Assembly: GCA_017964005.1 (NCBI GenBank)
Contig: JAGCSR010000054.1
Location: 172 to 64,171, forward strand
Origin: Clostridiales bacterium
GTDB taxonomy: Bacteria; Bacillota; Clostridia; Saccharofermentanales; Saccharofermentanaceae
Direction: 5' to 3'
Length of the DNA: 64,000 nucleotides
Position numbers and translations under genes: made by a program. Shown piece after piece: positions 1-8,863 of this stretch. Under the pieces are notes generated by a model. That model was given only the letters and a program-made list of their open reading frames with translations, was not told where the DNA came from and searched no databases. Numbering within the stretch: position 1 is the stretch's first letter; every line of letters starts with the position of its first letter.

Positions 1-1
1 C

Positions 2-33
2 AAAAAACTGTCCCATCCGGGTAGACGGGACAG
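2..33 (-). terminator. Probable intrinsic terminator downstream of the ECF sigma/anti-sigma pair
   Basis: CTGTCCC...GGGACAG stem with an A-run on its left (U-tail on the minus strand). Confidence 0.6.
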
Positions 34-65
34 CTTCCTTTTAAATGATAATCAGAGTTCTAAGA

Positions 66-767
66 TCAGTCCTTATCGCCCTTGCAGTCTATGGTGACAA
101 CACCGGGCATGTCGGGATCATCTCCTATGATAACGCCCATGCCTGACTGCATATCTTCTGCCGCATCGGCCATGCCCTCATCTTTCAATCCCTTAACGAA
201 CCAAGCGGGCCTCTTATTCTCCTTCCCCGATAACTGCAAGTTATAGGAAGTAATCTTTGCACCGTCGTGGCTGAACAGGTAGCACCATCCGTAATCTTCG
301 GGGGTACCGCCAACCAGGATCACGGCCTTTGCTCCGTCTTTTTCTTTTATCTCATGGCGGTAGTATTTGGAGTCGCTGCATTTATCTGTTACATCGGTCC
401 ACTTGCCGTCGAGGACAAGATAGAGCCTGCCGTCCTTGACCTGGGCAAAATCTTCGGTATTCTCTGACTGCTCGATACGGAAATTGACGGCATTTACCTC
501 TTCGCCTTCGTCGTTGACAACTTCTGTCTCGGAGAGGGAGATCGAGAGTCCGTTGTGATTGGATGTGAAGGCTTCCCACAGTTTCCCGGCAGCGTTTACG
601 ACCGCGGTCCTGGTAAAGGGCACGAGCATCACTATCGCGATCGAAGCTGCGATACCGATCACCGGCGCGATCCAGGTCTTCTTCGCCTGCTTTTTGGCCA
701 GGATGTTTTCGCGTATCTGATCTTTCCGGTCTTCATTTAAGACTATCTTATCGAAAGTTTCTTTCAT
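66..767 (-). CDS. Single-TM membrane protein, probable anti-sigma factor
   Basis: Short basic N-terminus, one TM (WIAPVIGIAASIAIVMLVP), extracytoplasmic domain; 3 bp downstream of an ECF sigma gene. Confidence 0.6.
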   Translation of the reverse strand: MKETFDKIVLNEDRKDQIRENILAKKQAKKTWIAPVIGIAASIAIVMLVPFTRTAVVNAAGKLWEAFTSNHNGLSISLSETEVVNDEGEEVNAVNFRIEQSENTEDFAQVKDGRLYLVLDGKWTDVTDKCSDSKYYRHEIKEKDGAKAVILVGGTPEDYGWCYLFSHDGAKITSYNLQLSGKENKRPAWFVKGLKDEGMADAAEDMQSGMGVIIGDDPDMPGVVTIDCKGDKD

Positions 768-770
768 TTC

Positions 771-1244
771 TTATTCCTCCAGTTTTACCTTTATCTTCTC
801 TTTGCCTCTTTGTATCCTCATCGCGACAGCCGACTCCGATATCTTCAAGATCTTGGCGATCTCTTTGTACGAATACCCCGAATAGTAGAACAGGTAGATG
901 GGGAGACGGTATGTCTCTTCCAGCCGCATCAGTTCGTCAAAGATGTCGCTATGTCCTCCTTCGACTACGTCAGAGTATTGAAGCTGCCATTCACACGATT
1001 CGATGTCCACGTTGTTACGTCTTGCAGGAGATCTCAAGTGATCCTTGCACTTGTTCGCGGTCATTGTCATGAGGTAGGCTTTCTCGTTTCTCATATCGAA
1101 CAGCAGGTGCTTGTCCAGGAGCTTAAGGAACACGTCCTGTACTATGTCTTCTGCATCAAATCTTGACCCTACGTATGAGACCGCAAATCTGTAAAGATCA
1201 TCAGAATATAGATCAAATAATCTGACTACTTCTTCTTTCTTCAA
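771..1244 (-). CDS. ECF RNA polymerase sigma-70 factor
   Basis: Region 2 DAEDIVQDVFLK and region 4 YSYKEIAKILKISESAVAMRIQRGK; TTG start with GGAGG RBS. Confidence 0.9.
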   Translation of the reverse strand: MKKEEVVRLFDLYSDDLYRFAVSYVGSRFDAEDIVQDVFLKLLDKHLLFDMRNEKAYLMTMTANKCKDHLRSPARRNNVDIESCEWQLQYSDVVEGGHSDIFDELMRLEETYRLPIYLFYYSGYSYKEIAKILKISESAVAMRIQRGKEKIKVKLEE

Positions 1245-1327
1245 TCGATCAACCTCCTGCGATTTTTTGAGATCTCACTATATAAACGGATCAGGATAAC
1301 AGATTCTCACATCTTTTTCAGGCATTA

Positions 1328-2404
1328 TCACACGAAGATAAAATCCGTGTCCCAACCGGGGATAGACGGAAGGTGCCGCAGATATACTTTATAATCAGGT
1401 CTTATCTTTAGAACTTCTTTTGGTATTTCGAAAATATCGGTACTCTTATGGTAGCACGCGATCTTAAGGCGCGGCTTATGTTCCCTGATAGTCTCTGCTG
1501 CACCCAGGATGCCTTTTATCTCGTTGCCCTCGACATCGTATTTTATGAGGTCAGGGATGAGCCCCGTGTCCCGTACGATCTGATCTATAGTCAGGGCTTT
1601 AGTGGGGATACCTTCGCCTTTCTCTCTTGTGCCGCGCCCTCTTGCCGACGTCAGTATATGTGAGTTGCAGCAGACATCGGATATGAGTGCGCGCAAAGTC
1701 CTTACATCCCTGCAAGTCAGGTCATCGGATCCTGCCAGGGCTTCGAGCTTACGGAAGTTACGGGGTTCGGGTTCCACCGCGACCACATGTTTTATGGAAG
1801 GATATAGTTCCGTAAACTCTTTTACCGTATCGCCGGTATAAGCTCCCAGGTCAAAGAAGACCGCATTATCCGGAAGGTCTACGAGATCGTATATATCGTT
1901 GGGGGCGCATTCGGCAGCGTGGAGATATCCTATATCTCCGCTAAGCCTTGCCTGTACGATATTATCAAGGCAGGTCCGGGACATATTGTCAGATAATAGC
2001 TCTGACACCTTATCGATCTCATCTTTATGCTTCTCATAGAAGGATCCGTCAAAGACATCTCCGCCGCAGACGGGAACATCCGGCGCGTAGGTCTCTGCAG
2101 CGGATGCAACTTCGTCGATCAGCGCGATAACGTCGGGCCTCGAAGACCCGAAGCAGACAAGGACGATGGGATCGTTAAGACGAGACATTACGGAGTCGAA
2201 GGATTCCACCTTCATGTCACGGAAATATCTGTCACGAACGAAGCCGGAACTTGCGAAGACCGCGGATGCGCAAATTCCGTCCGCATCCAGACGGGCGCAG
2301 ATCTTGTCGGCGCCGTCTCCCGTGCCATAGAGCGCGATGGGGCGGCCTTTGCCGTATTCTTCTTTAAGATAATTCCAGAGGTCTTTCATGACTCGATTAT
2401 ACAT
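1328..2404 (-). CDS. FkbM family SAM-dependent methyltransferase
   Basis: FFDLGAYTGDT, AVEPEPRNF, IKYDVEGNE, IACYHK motifs; start may be 2389. Confidence 0.85.
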   Translation of the reverse strand: MYNRVMKDLWNYLKEEYGKGRPIALYGTGDGADKICARLDADGICASAVFASSGFVRDRYFRDMKVESFDSVMSRLNDPIVLVCFGSSRPDVIALIDEVASAAETYAPDVPVCGGDVFDGSFYEKHKDEIDKVSELLSDNMSRTCLDNIVQARLSGDIGYLHAAECAPNDIYDLVDLPDNAVFFDLGAYTGDTVKEFTELYPSIKHVVAVEPEPRNFRKLEALAGSDDLTCRDVRTLRALISDVCCNSHILTSARGRGTREKGEGIPTKALTIDQIVRDTGLIPDLIKYDVEGNEIKGILGAAETIREHKPRLKIACYHKSTDIFEIPKEVLKIRPDYKVYLRHLPSIPGWDTDFIFV

Positions 2405-2464
2405 TATTTCGTGTATAATCTTTCTTGTAGTACGCGCGCGTGCGCAATAAGAAGGATGGAATAT

Positions 2465-4264
2465 ATGAAAGAACTGGATTTTCCGTTTGATGCGGAGTTT
2501 GTCTTAAGGAAGAAGAAATCTTTGAAAAGAGGTCTTCTGGAACGTGAAGGTGTTAAGTACCTCAATAAGAAGATCGCCATCTTGGGAGGTTCTACGACAG
2601 AGAACATAAAGCTCATGTTGGAGCTCTTCCTTCTCAATAACGGGATAGCCCCCGAATTCTACGAATCCGAATATAACCGTTACTGGGAGGATGCTGTTTT
2701 CGGGACTCCGGAACTGGATGAATTCAAGCCCGACCTCATCTATATCCACACGACCACCAGGAACCTTAAGGCAAAGCCTGATGTCACCATGTCCGCAGAA
2801 GACGTCGATGCGGTCCTTGACGCGGAGTATAAGAGATTCGAAGCGATGTGGGAGAAGATCGAGGAGCGTTACGGCTGCATCGTCATCCAGAATAACTTCG
2901 AGCTTCCTTATTACAGGCTCCTCGGGAACTCTGACGTATCCGATATCCATGGCCTGTCAAACTTCCTTGCAAGACTCAACATGAAGTTCTCAGAATACGC
3001 CCAGACTCACGAGAAGTTCCATATCAACGATATCCACTATATATCTGCCGAGTACGGCATCAAGGAATGGTCGGATCCCGCTGACTGGTACCGTTATAAG
3101 TACAATCCCTGCGTTGCCGCAACTCCCGATCTTGCATATAACGTTGCAAGGATAGTTAAGGCTTTGTACGGCAAGAACAAGAAGGCGATAGCCTGCGATC
3201 TTGACAACACTTTGTGGGGAGGCATCGTCGGTGATGACGGGCCCGAAAACATCAAGATCGGACAGGAGGATGCCGTAAGCGAGCTCTACGAAGAATTCCA
3301 GGGCTACATCAAGGCTCACAGGGATTTGGGAATCCTTCTTACCGTCGCATCCAAGAATGACGAGGAGAACGCCCTGGCAGGCCTTGCAAGACCTGACGGC
3401 GTGCTGAAGAAAGACGACTTCCTCATCATCAAGGCAAACTGGGAAAACAAGAATACCAATATCGCCAACACCGCAGCCGAGATCAACATCGGAGCAGATG
3501 CTTTCGTCTTCATTGACGATAACCCCATGGAGCGCAACATCGTGGAGAGCACGATCGAGGGGATCGCGGTTCCCGACTTCGGCGATCCGGAATCCTATAT
3601 CAGGACAATGGACGGTGCCGGATACTTTGAAGTAACAGGATTGTCGGCCGATGACCTCAAGCGCAACGAGATGTATAAAGCCAATATCTCCCGCGCAACC
3701 GCTGCGGCATCCTTTACCGACTATACCGAGTATCTTAAATCTTTGGACATGAAGGCGGAGATCCTGCCCTTCAGCCCCATGTATATGGCGAGGATCACGG
3801 AGCTCACCAACAAGAGCAACCAGTTCAACCTTACGACCAGGCGCTGCACCCAGGCTGAGACCGAAAGCTTTGCCAACGATCCGGATTACATAACCCTTTA
3901 CGGCAAGCTCGTCGACAAGTTCGGAGACAACGGCGTAGTGTCCGTTGTTTTCGGGCATATCAATAAAGATGTGTCGACGGATGGATGCAAGGTCTTCGAT
4001 ATCGACCTCTGGCTCATGAGCTGCCGTGTCTTAAAGCGCGACATGGAATGCGCCATGATGGATGAGCTAGTGCGTCTTGCAAAGGAGAAGGGCGTGGACA
4101 AGATCCGCGGCTTCTACTATCCCACCGCCAAGAACAAGATGGTCAAGGAATTCTACGCCGACAGGGGCTATACCAAGGTATCCGAGGACGAAGAAGGCAA
4201 CACCGTCTGGGAACTTGCCACCGCAGGCTATGAGAATAAGAATAAAGTTATCGCAGTTAACTGA
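2465..4264 (+). CDS. FkbH-like HAD-IIIC protein (glyceryl-ACP transferase/phosphatase)
   Basis: DLDNTLWGG, SKN, FIDDNPMER, KSNQFNLT, LMSCRVL motifs; start trimmed from the 2027 ORF to ATG 2465 (2456 also possible). Confidence 0.9.
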   Translation: MKELDFPFDAEFVLRKKKSLKRGLLEREGVKYLNKKIAILGGSTTENIKLMLELFLLNNGIAPEFYESEYNRYWEDAVFGTPELDEFKPDLIYIHTTTRNLKAKPDVTMSAEDVDAVLDAEYKRFEAMWEKIEERYGCIVIQNNFELPYYRLLGNSDVSDIHGLSNFLARLNMKFSEYAQTHEKFHINDIHYISAEYGIKEWSDPADWYRYKYNPCVAATPDLAYNVARIVKALYGKNKKAIACDLDNTLWGGIVGDDGPENIKIGQEDAVSELYEEFQGYIKAHRDLGILLTVASKNDEENALAGLARPDGVLKKDDFLIIKANWENKNTNIANTAAEINIGADAFVFIDDNPMERNIVESTIEGIAVPDFGDPESYIRTMDGAGYFEVTGLSADDLKRNEMYKANISRATAAASFTDYTEYLKSLDMKAEILPFSPMYMARITELTNKSNQFNLTTRRCTQAETESFANDPDYITLYGKLVDKFGDNGVVSVVFGHINKDVSTDGCKVFDIDLWLMSCRVLKRDMECAMMDELVRLAKEKGVDKIRGFYYPTAKNKMVKEFYADRGYTKVSEDEEGNTVWELATAGYENKNKVIAVN

Positions 4265-4302
4265 TATAATTAGTTCGTAAAAAGTAAAGAGAGGTACATA
4301 AC

Positions 4303-4545
4303 ATGACCAGAGAAGAAGTATATGAGAAGCTGAACGAAGTATTCCGTGACGTTTTCGACGATGAGGACATCACCGTATCTGATGAGACGGTCGCATCCGA
4401 TGTCGACGGCTGGGATTCACTTGAGCACATCAATCTCCTTGTTGCCGTAGAGCGCGCTTTCGGCATCAAGTTCACCATGGGTCAGACAACACACCTTAAG
4501 AACGTCGGCGAGATGGTCGATGTCATAATCGAGAAGTTAGGATAA
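4303..4545 (+). CDS. Acyl carrier protein
   Basis: 80 aa acidic protein with WDSL phosphopantetheine site; GAGGT RBS. Confidence 0.9.
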   Translation: MTREEVYEKLNEVFRDVFDDEDITVSDETVASDVDGWDSLEHINLLVAVERAFGIKFTMGQTTHLKNVGEMVDVIIEKLG

Positions 4546-4549
4546 GCCT

Positions 4550-4948
4550 TTGGAAGTACATCACATAGGATATCTCGTCAAAAGACTTGCTGATTCGAGG
4601 GATGCTTTTGCAGCCCTCGGATTTGATGTCGTGCGTCCCGTGGAATACGATCCCATAAGAGACGTTAATATCGAGTTTATCGCCAACGGCGGCTACTGCG
4701 TGGAACTTATTGAACCCGCATCGGCAGAGTCACCTCTGATGCCGCTCCTTAAGAAGTTCAAGAATGCGCCTTACCATCTTTGCTTTATCGCAGAAGACCT
4801 GGAAAAGGCAAAAGAAGAATTCGAAGGATGCGGCTACATGCTCTTCCGTGACATAGAACCCGCGCCCTGCCTTGACGGAAGACGCGTGGTCTTCATGGTC
4901 AACCCGGACATCGGGATAATCGAGATAGCAGATAAGGAGCCCTTATAA
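4550..4948 (+). CDS. VOC family (glyoxalase/methylmalonyl-CoA epimerase-like) protein
   Basis: HHIGYLV, VELIEP, YHLCF, IIEI metal-ligand pattern. Confidence 0.8.
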   Translation: MEVHHIGYLVKRLADSRDAFAALGFDVVRPVEYDPIRDVNIEFIANGGYCVELIEPASAESPLMPLLKKFKNAPYHLCFIAEDLEKAKEEFEGCGYMLFRDIEPAPCLDGRRVVFMVNPDIGIIEIADKEPL

Positions 4949-6474
4949 TGTCACTGGTATCAGCTCTCTATCTCGGATTCGTCGCAGTCGCTGCACTGAT
5001 ATATTACCTGCTTCCTGCCAAGGCAAAGCCTTATGTACTGCTTGCAGGAAGCATTGCTTTCCTTGCCGTATGCGGCGCCTGGACACTTGGCTTCGTATTG
5101 TTTACGGCAGTTACGACCTTCTTTGCGGGGAAGATCGCCGCTGGGAAGGGTAGTGGCAAGTCCAAGACGATAGTTGCTGCCATCGCCATCGTGATCAACC
5201 TCGCATTCATGTGCGCAGTCAAGTATTACGGCGTCCTGGACCTTATCGCAGAGAACATTAACAATGTTACAAAAGCAACGGACGGAAGCTTTCTGGCGGT
5301 TGCAGTGCCTCTCGGCATGTCCTTCTACACTTTGCAGATGACAGGCTATGTTTTGGACTGTCTCTGGGGCATTATCCCGGCCGAGAAAAACTTTTTCCGT
5401 TATCTTCTCTTCGCCTGCTACTTCCCCTACATGACATCAGGTCCTCTGAACCGCTACGGGGAACTGTCTGAAGAATTTAAGAAGCCCGTCAGTCTCGAAT
5501 ATGAGAATATCCGCAAGGGTACGGTCAGGATCGCCTGGGGTTTCTTCCTTAAGCTCATAATCGCTGAGCGCGCCGCAGTAATCGTCAATGCGGTTTACGG
5601 CGACCATACCGTATATACGGGACCTTATGTTTTGTTGGGCGTCCTTCTCTTCGCACTCCAGCTCTATACGGACTTCATGGGCTGTATGGAGGTTGCGATC
5701 GGAACATCTTACATATTCGGAATAAAGATCCCCGAAAACTTCAACAGCCCCTACATGTCCCTTTCCATTCGCGAGTATTGGCAAAGATGGCATATCACAT
5801 TGGGAACATGGCTCCGTGACTTCTTATACTATCCTCTTCTTAAATCCGCGCCCTTCATTGCGATCGGCGATAAGTCCAAGAAGTTATTCGGCAAGAAGAA
5901 GGGCAAGAAAGTCCCGGTCTATCTTGCGATGCTTGTCCTTTGGACCGCAGTAGGCTACTGGCACGGCGGCCTTTGGAAATACATAATAGGTTCAGGTCTT
6001 CTGCACTGTTTCTATATCGTAGGAGGCATGATCGCCGATCCCCTTTTCGCGAAAATGAGAAAGCCTTTTAAGCCCGACAAGCTCCCTTACAAGATCTTCT
6101 GCGGAGTCAGGACCTTCATACTGGTCCTCATAGGTTTCTTCTTCTTCCGCGCAGCAAACGTGCCTGATGCATTGCAGCTGTTCAGGGCTCTCTTTACTGC
6201 AGGCCCGGCGCCTGAAGGCGGGATACTTTCAACGGGCATCACGACCCCTGATGTAATAGTGCTGGCGGTCGCATCGGTTATATTGATAGCCGTCGATATA
6301 TATAAATTCCGTCCGGATCAGAACGATGAGCCGAGAAGCGTCCTTGCCCTGACCGGCAAGCTCCCCGTCGGAGTAAGGATACTCCTGCTCGCTCTCCTGA
6401 TCCTGGCGATAGCAGTGTTCGGAAAATACGGTCTGGGCTACGACTCGGGCGCGTTCATATATGCAAGGATCTGA
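4948..6474 (+). CDS. MBOAT O-acyltransferase (AlgI/DltB-like)
   Basis: PLGMSFYTLQ, SGP, ENFNSPY, WQRWHITL, WHG motifs; multi-TM. Confidence 0.92.
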   Translation: MSLVSALYLGFVAVAALIYYLLPAKAKPYVLLAGSIAFLAVCGAWTLGFVLFTAVTTFFAGKIAAGKGSGKSKTIVAAIAIVINLAFMCAVKYYGVLDLIAENINNVTKATDGSFLAVAVPLGMSFYTLQMTGYVLDCLWGIIPAEKNFFRYLLFACYFPYMTSGPLNRYGELSEEFKKPVSLEYENIRKGTVRIAWGFFLKLIIAERAAVIVNAVYGDHTVYTGPYVLLGVLLFALQLYTDFMGCMEVAIGTSYIFGIKIPENFNSPYMSLSIREYWQRWHITLGTWLRDFLYYPLLKSAPFIAIGDKSKKLFGKKKGKKVPVYLAMLVLWTAVGYWHGGLWKYIIGSGLLHCFYIVGGMIADPLFAKMRKPFKPDKLPYKIFCGVRTFILVLIGFFFFRAANVPDALQLFRALFTAGPAPEGGILSTGITTPDVIVLAVASVILIAVDIYKFRPDQNDEPRSVLALTGKLPVGVRILLLALLILAIAVFGKYGLGYDSGAFIYARI

Positions 6475-6487
6475 CGATCGGAGGTAA

Positions 6488-7096
6488 ATGGAAATGGATG
6501 TAGTATGTCTTGATATGGAAGGTGTTGTAGTCCCCGAGATATGGATCGCTTTCGCCGAGGCTTCGGGCATTCCCGAACTTAAGAGAACGACCAGGGATGA
6601 ACCCGATTACGATAAGCTCATGCGCTGGCGTTTAGGTGTCCTTAAGGAGCACGGTCTCGGCCTTCCCGAGATACAGAAAGTAATATCCACCATTGACCCG
6701 CTCGACGGAGCAAAAGAATTCCTTGATGAACTCCGCAAGAAATGTCAGGTGATAATCTTAAGCGATACTTTCGTTGAGTTCGCAATGCCCCTGATGGAGA
6801 AGTTAGGTTATCCCACGCTCTTCTGCAACAGTCTGGAAGTTGCTCCCTCAGGCGAGATCACGGGCTTTAAGATGAGGTGCGAGAACAGCAAATTAACGAC
6901 CGTCAGGTGCCTCCAGGAGATGGGTTTTGATACCATCGCTGCAGGCGACAGCTATAACGACCTGGGCATGATCAGAGCATCCCGCGCAGGCTTCCTTTTC
7001 AGGAGCACCGAGCAGATCAAGAAAGATAATCCCGACCTTCCTGCCTTCGAAGAATACGGTGATTTCCTTAAGGCGATATTAAAGGTTGTAGGCTGA
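6488..7096 (+). CDS. thrH: Phosphoserine phosphatase/homoserine phosphotransferase ThrH
   Basis: DMEGVVVPEIW, TTRDEPDYD, LSDTF, AAGDSYND. Confidence 0.9.
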   Translation: MEMDVVCLDMEGVVVPEIWIAFAEASGIPELKRTTRDEPDYDKLMRWRLGVLKEHGLGLPEIQKVISTIDPLDGAKEFLDELRKKCQVIILSDTFVEFAMPLMEKLGYPTLFCNSLEVAPSGEITGFKMRCENSKLTTVRCLQEMGFDTIAAGDSYNDLGMIRASRAGFLFRSTEQIKKDNPDLPAFEEYGDFLKAILKVVG

Positions 7097-7200
7097 CAGT
7101 CACAGCGATCAAATACCATTGAAGTCAGTTCCGCGATCGAGGTCAAAAAATTTGACCTCGAGTTAACCGCAATCCGTTACGGTTGCGGATTTATCAGTGC
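6959..7200 (+). repeat. Copy 1 of duplicated segment (thrH 3' end plus downstream hairpins); copy 2 at 12427-12668
   Basis: Colinear alignment at offset 5468 with scattered substitutions. Confidence 0.9.
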
Positions 7201-7279
7201 GTTTAACCAACAGGTTAAACGTAATGTTAAAAGATTCGATGAAGATTTCAAGTTTGAATTAAATAAGGAAGAAATGGAA
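7194..7279 (+). pseudogene. ORF6N gene remnant
   Basis: Matches 12873-12958 (AFNQQVKRN..RFDEDF.FELNKEEME); lacks start and promoter. Confidence 0.85.
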
Positions 7280-7331
7280 GTTGCCGATTTTGCAATAAAA
7301 TAATCGGAATATTTAATGTTAGAGGCAATAC

Positions 7332-7439
7332 GCGCATAATCAAAAGTAAAGCGAATACTTATGTTGCGCATAATCAAAAAAGCCTGTATAATGTGCGCAT
7401 AATCAAAAAACATAAGGATTCACAACCTGCGCATAATCA
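7332..7439 (+). repeat. Four direct repeats GCGCATAATCA upstream of AAA ATPase
   Basis: Copies at 7332, 7366, 7395, 7429. Confidence 0.85.
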
Positions 7440-7481
7440 TAAAGATGAAAATGCATTGATTTGGAAACCGGGGGAAAGCAC

Positions 7482-8840
7482 ATGATCTTAAAAAGAAAAA
7501 TCTATAGCAAATTGCTTGATTGGAAGAATGAATGTCAGGGAACAAAAGCGATAATGGTAGAGGGAGCCAGGCGTATCGGTAAATCCACGATCGTAGAGGA
7601 ATTTGCCAAGTGGGAATATGAATCATATATCCTTATAGATTTTGCGAAAAAGGATAAAGTCGTAGAGGAATATTTTAATCAACACCTGAACAAGTTGGAT
7701 GATCTATTCATGTTGCTTAGCACATATTATGGGGTAAATCTTGTTCCCAGAAAATCTGTTCTAATATTTGATGAAGTACAGATGTTTCCACAAGCAAGGG
7801 CTGCAATAAAATATCTTGTAGCAGATGGCAGATACGATTATATAGAGACGGGATCGTTGATATCGATTAAGGAGAACGTAAAAGATATCGTAATTCCCTC
7901 TGAGGAGAGAAGTATTACGATGTATCCGCTGGATTTTGAGGAGTTCGCATGGGCTCTCGGAGAAGAACAGCTGGTGAACTATATAAAGAGCTGTTTTGAA
8001 AAGAGGGAACCTTTGGAAAGTGGGATGCATCATAAGGCAATGATGCTTTTTAAGCAATATATGCTGGTGGGAGGAATGCCCAAACCGGTAATTCTTTACA
8101 TCGAGAATGAGAAAAACTTCAGTTTAGTAGATGCTGAAAAACGCGATATCCTGAAGCTATATCGCAATGACATCATGAAGATTAAAGCACAGTACCGAAG
8201 TAAGGTTTTGGCAATCTTTGATCAAATTCCCGGCTTGCTGTCACAACATGAGAAACGCGTAGTGTTCAAAGATATTCAGGAAGGTAGTTATGCGGATCAA
8301 TACAGCGATACATTCTTTTGGCTGTCTGATTCTATGATTTCAAACGAATGCTTCATGTGCAATGATCCCAATGTCGGTCTTTCGATAAACGAGGAACGTA
8401 CTTATGTAAAATGTTATCTTGGTGATACCGGACTTTTGCTCAGTCATGCTTTTGATGAAAATGAACTGCTTGAGAATGAGGTATATTCGCAGATACTTAA
8501 TGACAAGCTTTCTGTTAATGAGGGAATGCTATACGAGAACATTATAGCGCAGATGCTTGTGGCGAATGGGCATAAGTTATATTTTTACACTCATTACTCA
8601 ACGGAAAAGCATCGGAATGATATAGAGATTGATTTCATTATCTCCAATAACAGCAAGCTTAAATATCAGATGTATCCTATTGAAGTCAAGTCAGGAAATA
8701 AATACTCTACGACTTCATTAAAAAGGTTTATGGAAAAATACAGATCAAGAATCGGGGAGAGTTATATTATTCACCCGAGAAACTTGATCATAAAAGATAA
8801 TATAGTGTGTATTCCGGCATATATGACATTCTGTCTGTAA
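7482..8840 (+). CDS. AAA_14 ATPase with C-terminal DUF4143 (PD-(D/E)xK-like) domain
   Basis: Walker A GARRIGKST, Walker B IFDEVQ, TGS, GGMP, EIDF...PIEVKS; AT-rich. Confidence 0.88.
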   Translation: MILKRKIYSKLLDWKNECQGTKAIMVEGARRIGKSTIVEEFAKWEYESYILIDFAKKDKVVEEYFNQHLNKLDDLFMLLSTYYGVNLVPRKSVLIFDEVQMFPQARAAIKYLVADGRYDYIETGSLISIKENVKDIVIPSEERSITMYPLDFEEFAWALGEEQLVNYIKSCFEKREPLESGMHHKAMMLFKQYMLVGGMPKPVILYIENEKNFSLVDAEKRDILKLYRNDIMKIKAQYRSKVLAIFDQIPGLLSQHEKRVVFKDIQEGSYADQYSDTFFWLSDSMISNECFMCNDPNVGLSINEERTYVKCYLGDTGLLLSHAFDENELLENEVYSQILNDKLSVNEGMLYENIIAQMLVANGHKLYFYTHYSTEKHRNDIEIDFIISNNSKLKYQMYPIEVKSGNKYSTTSLKRFMEKYRSRIGESYIIHPRNLIIKDNIVCIPAYMTFCL

Positions 8841-8863
8841 AAACTCAAAGTTCTTCATCGTTG

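Noticed and set aside
2027-2464. N-terminal extension of the FkbH ORF (745 aa)
   Set aside because: Overlaps the divergent FkbM gene; true start is near 2456/2465
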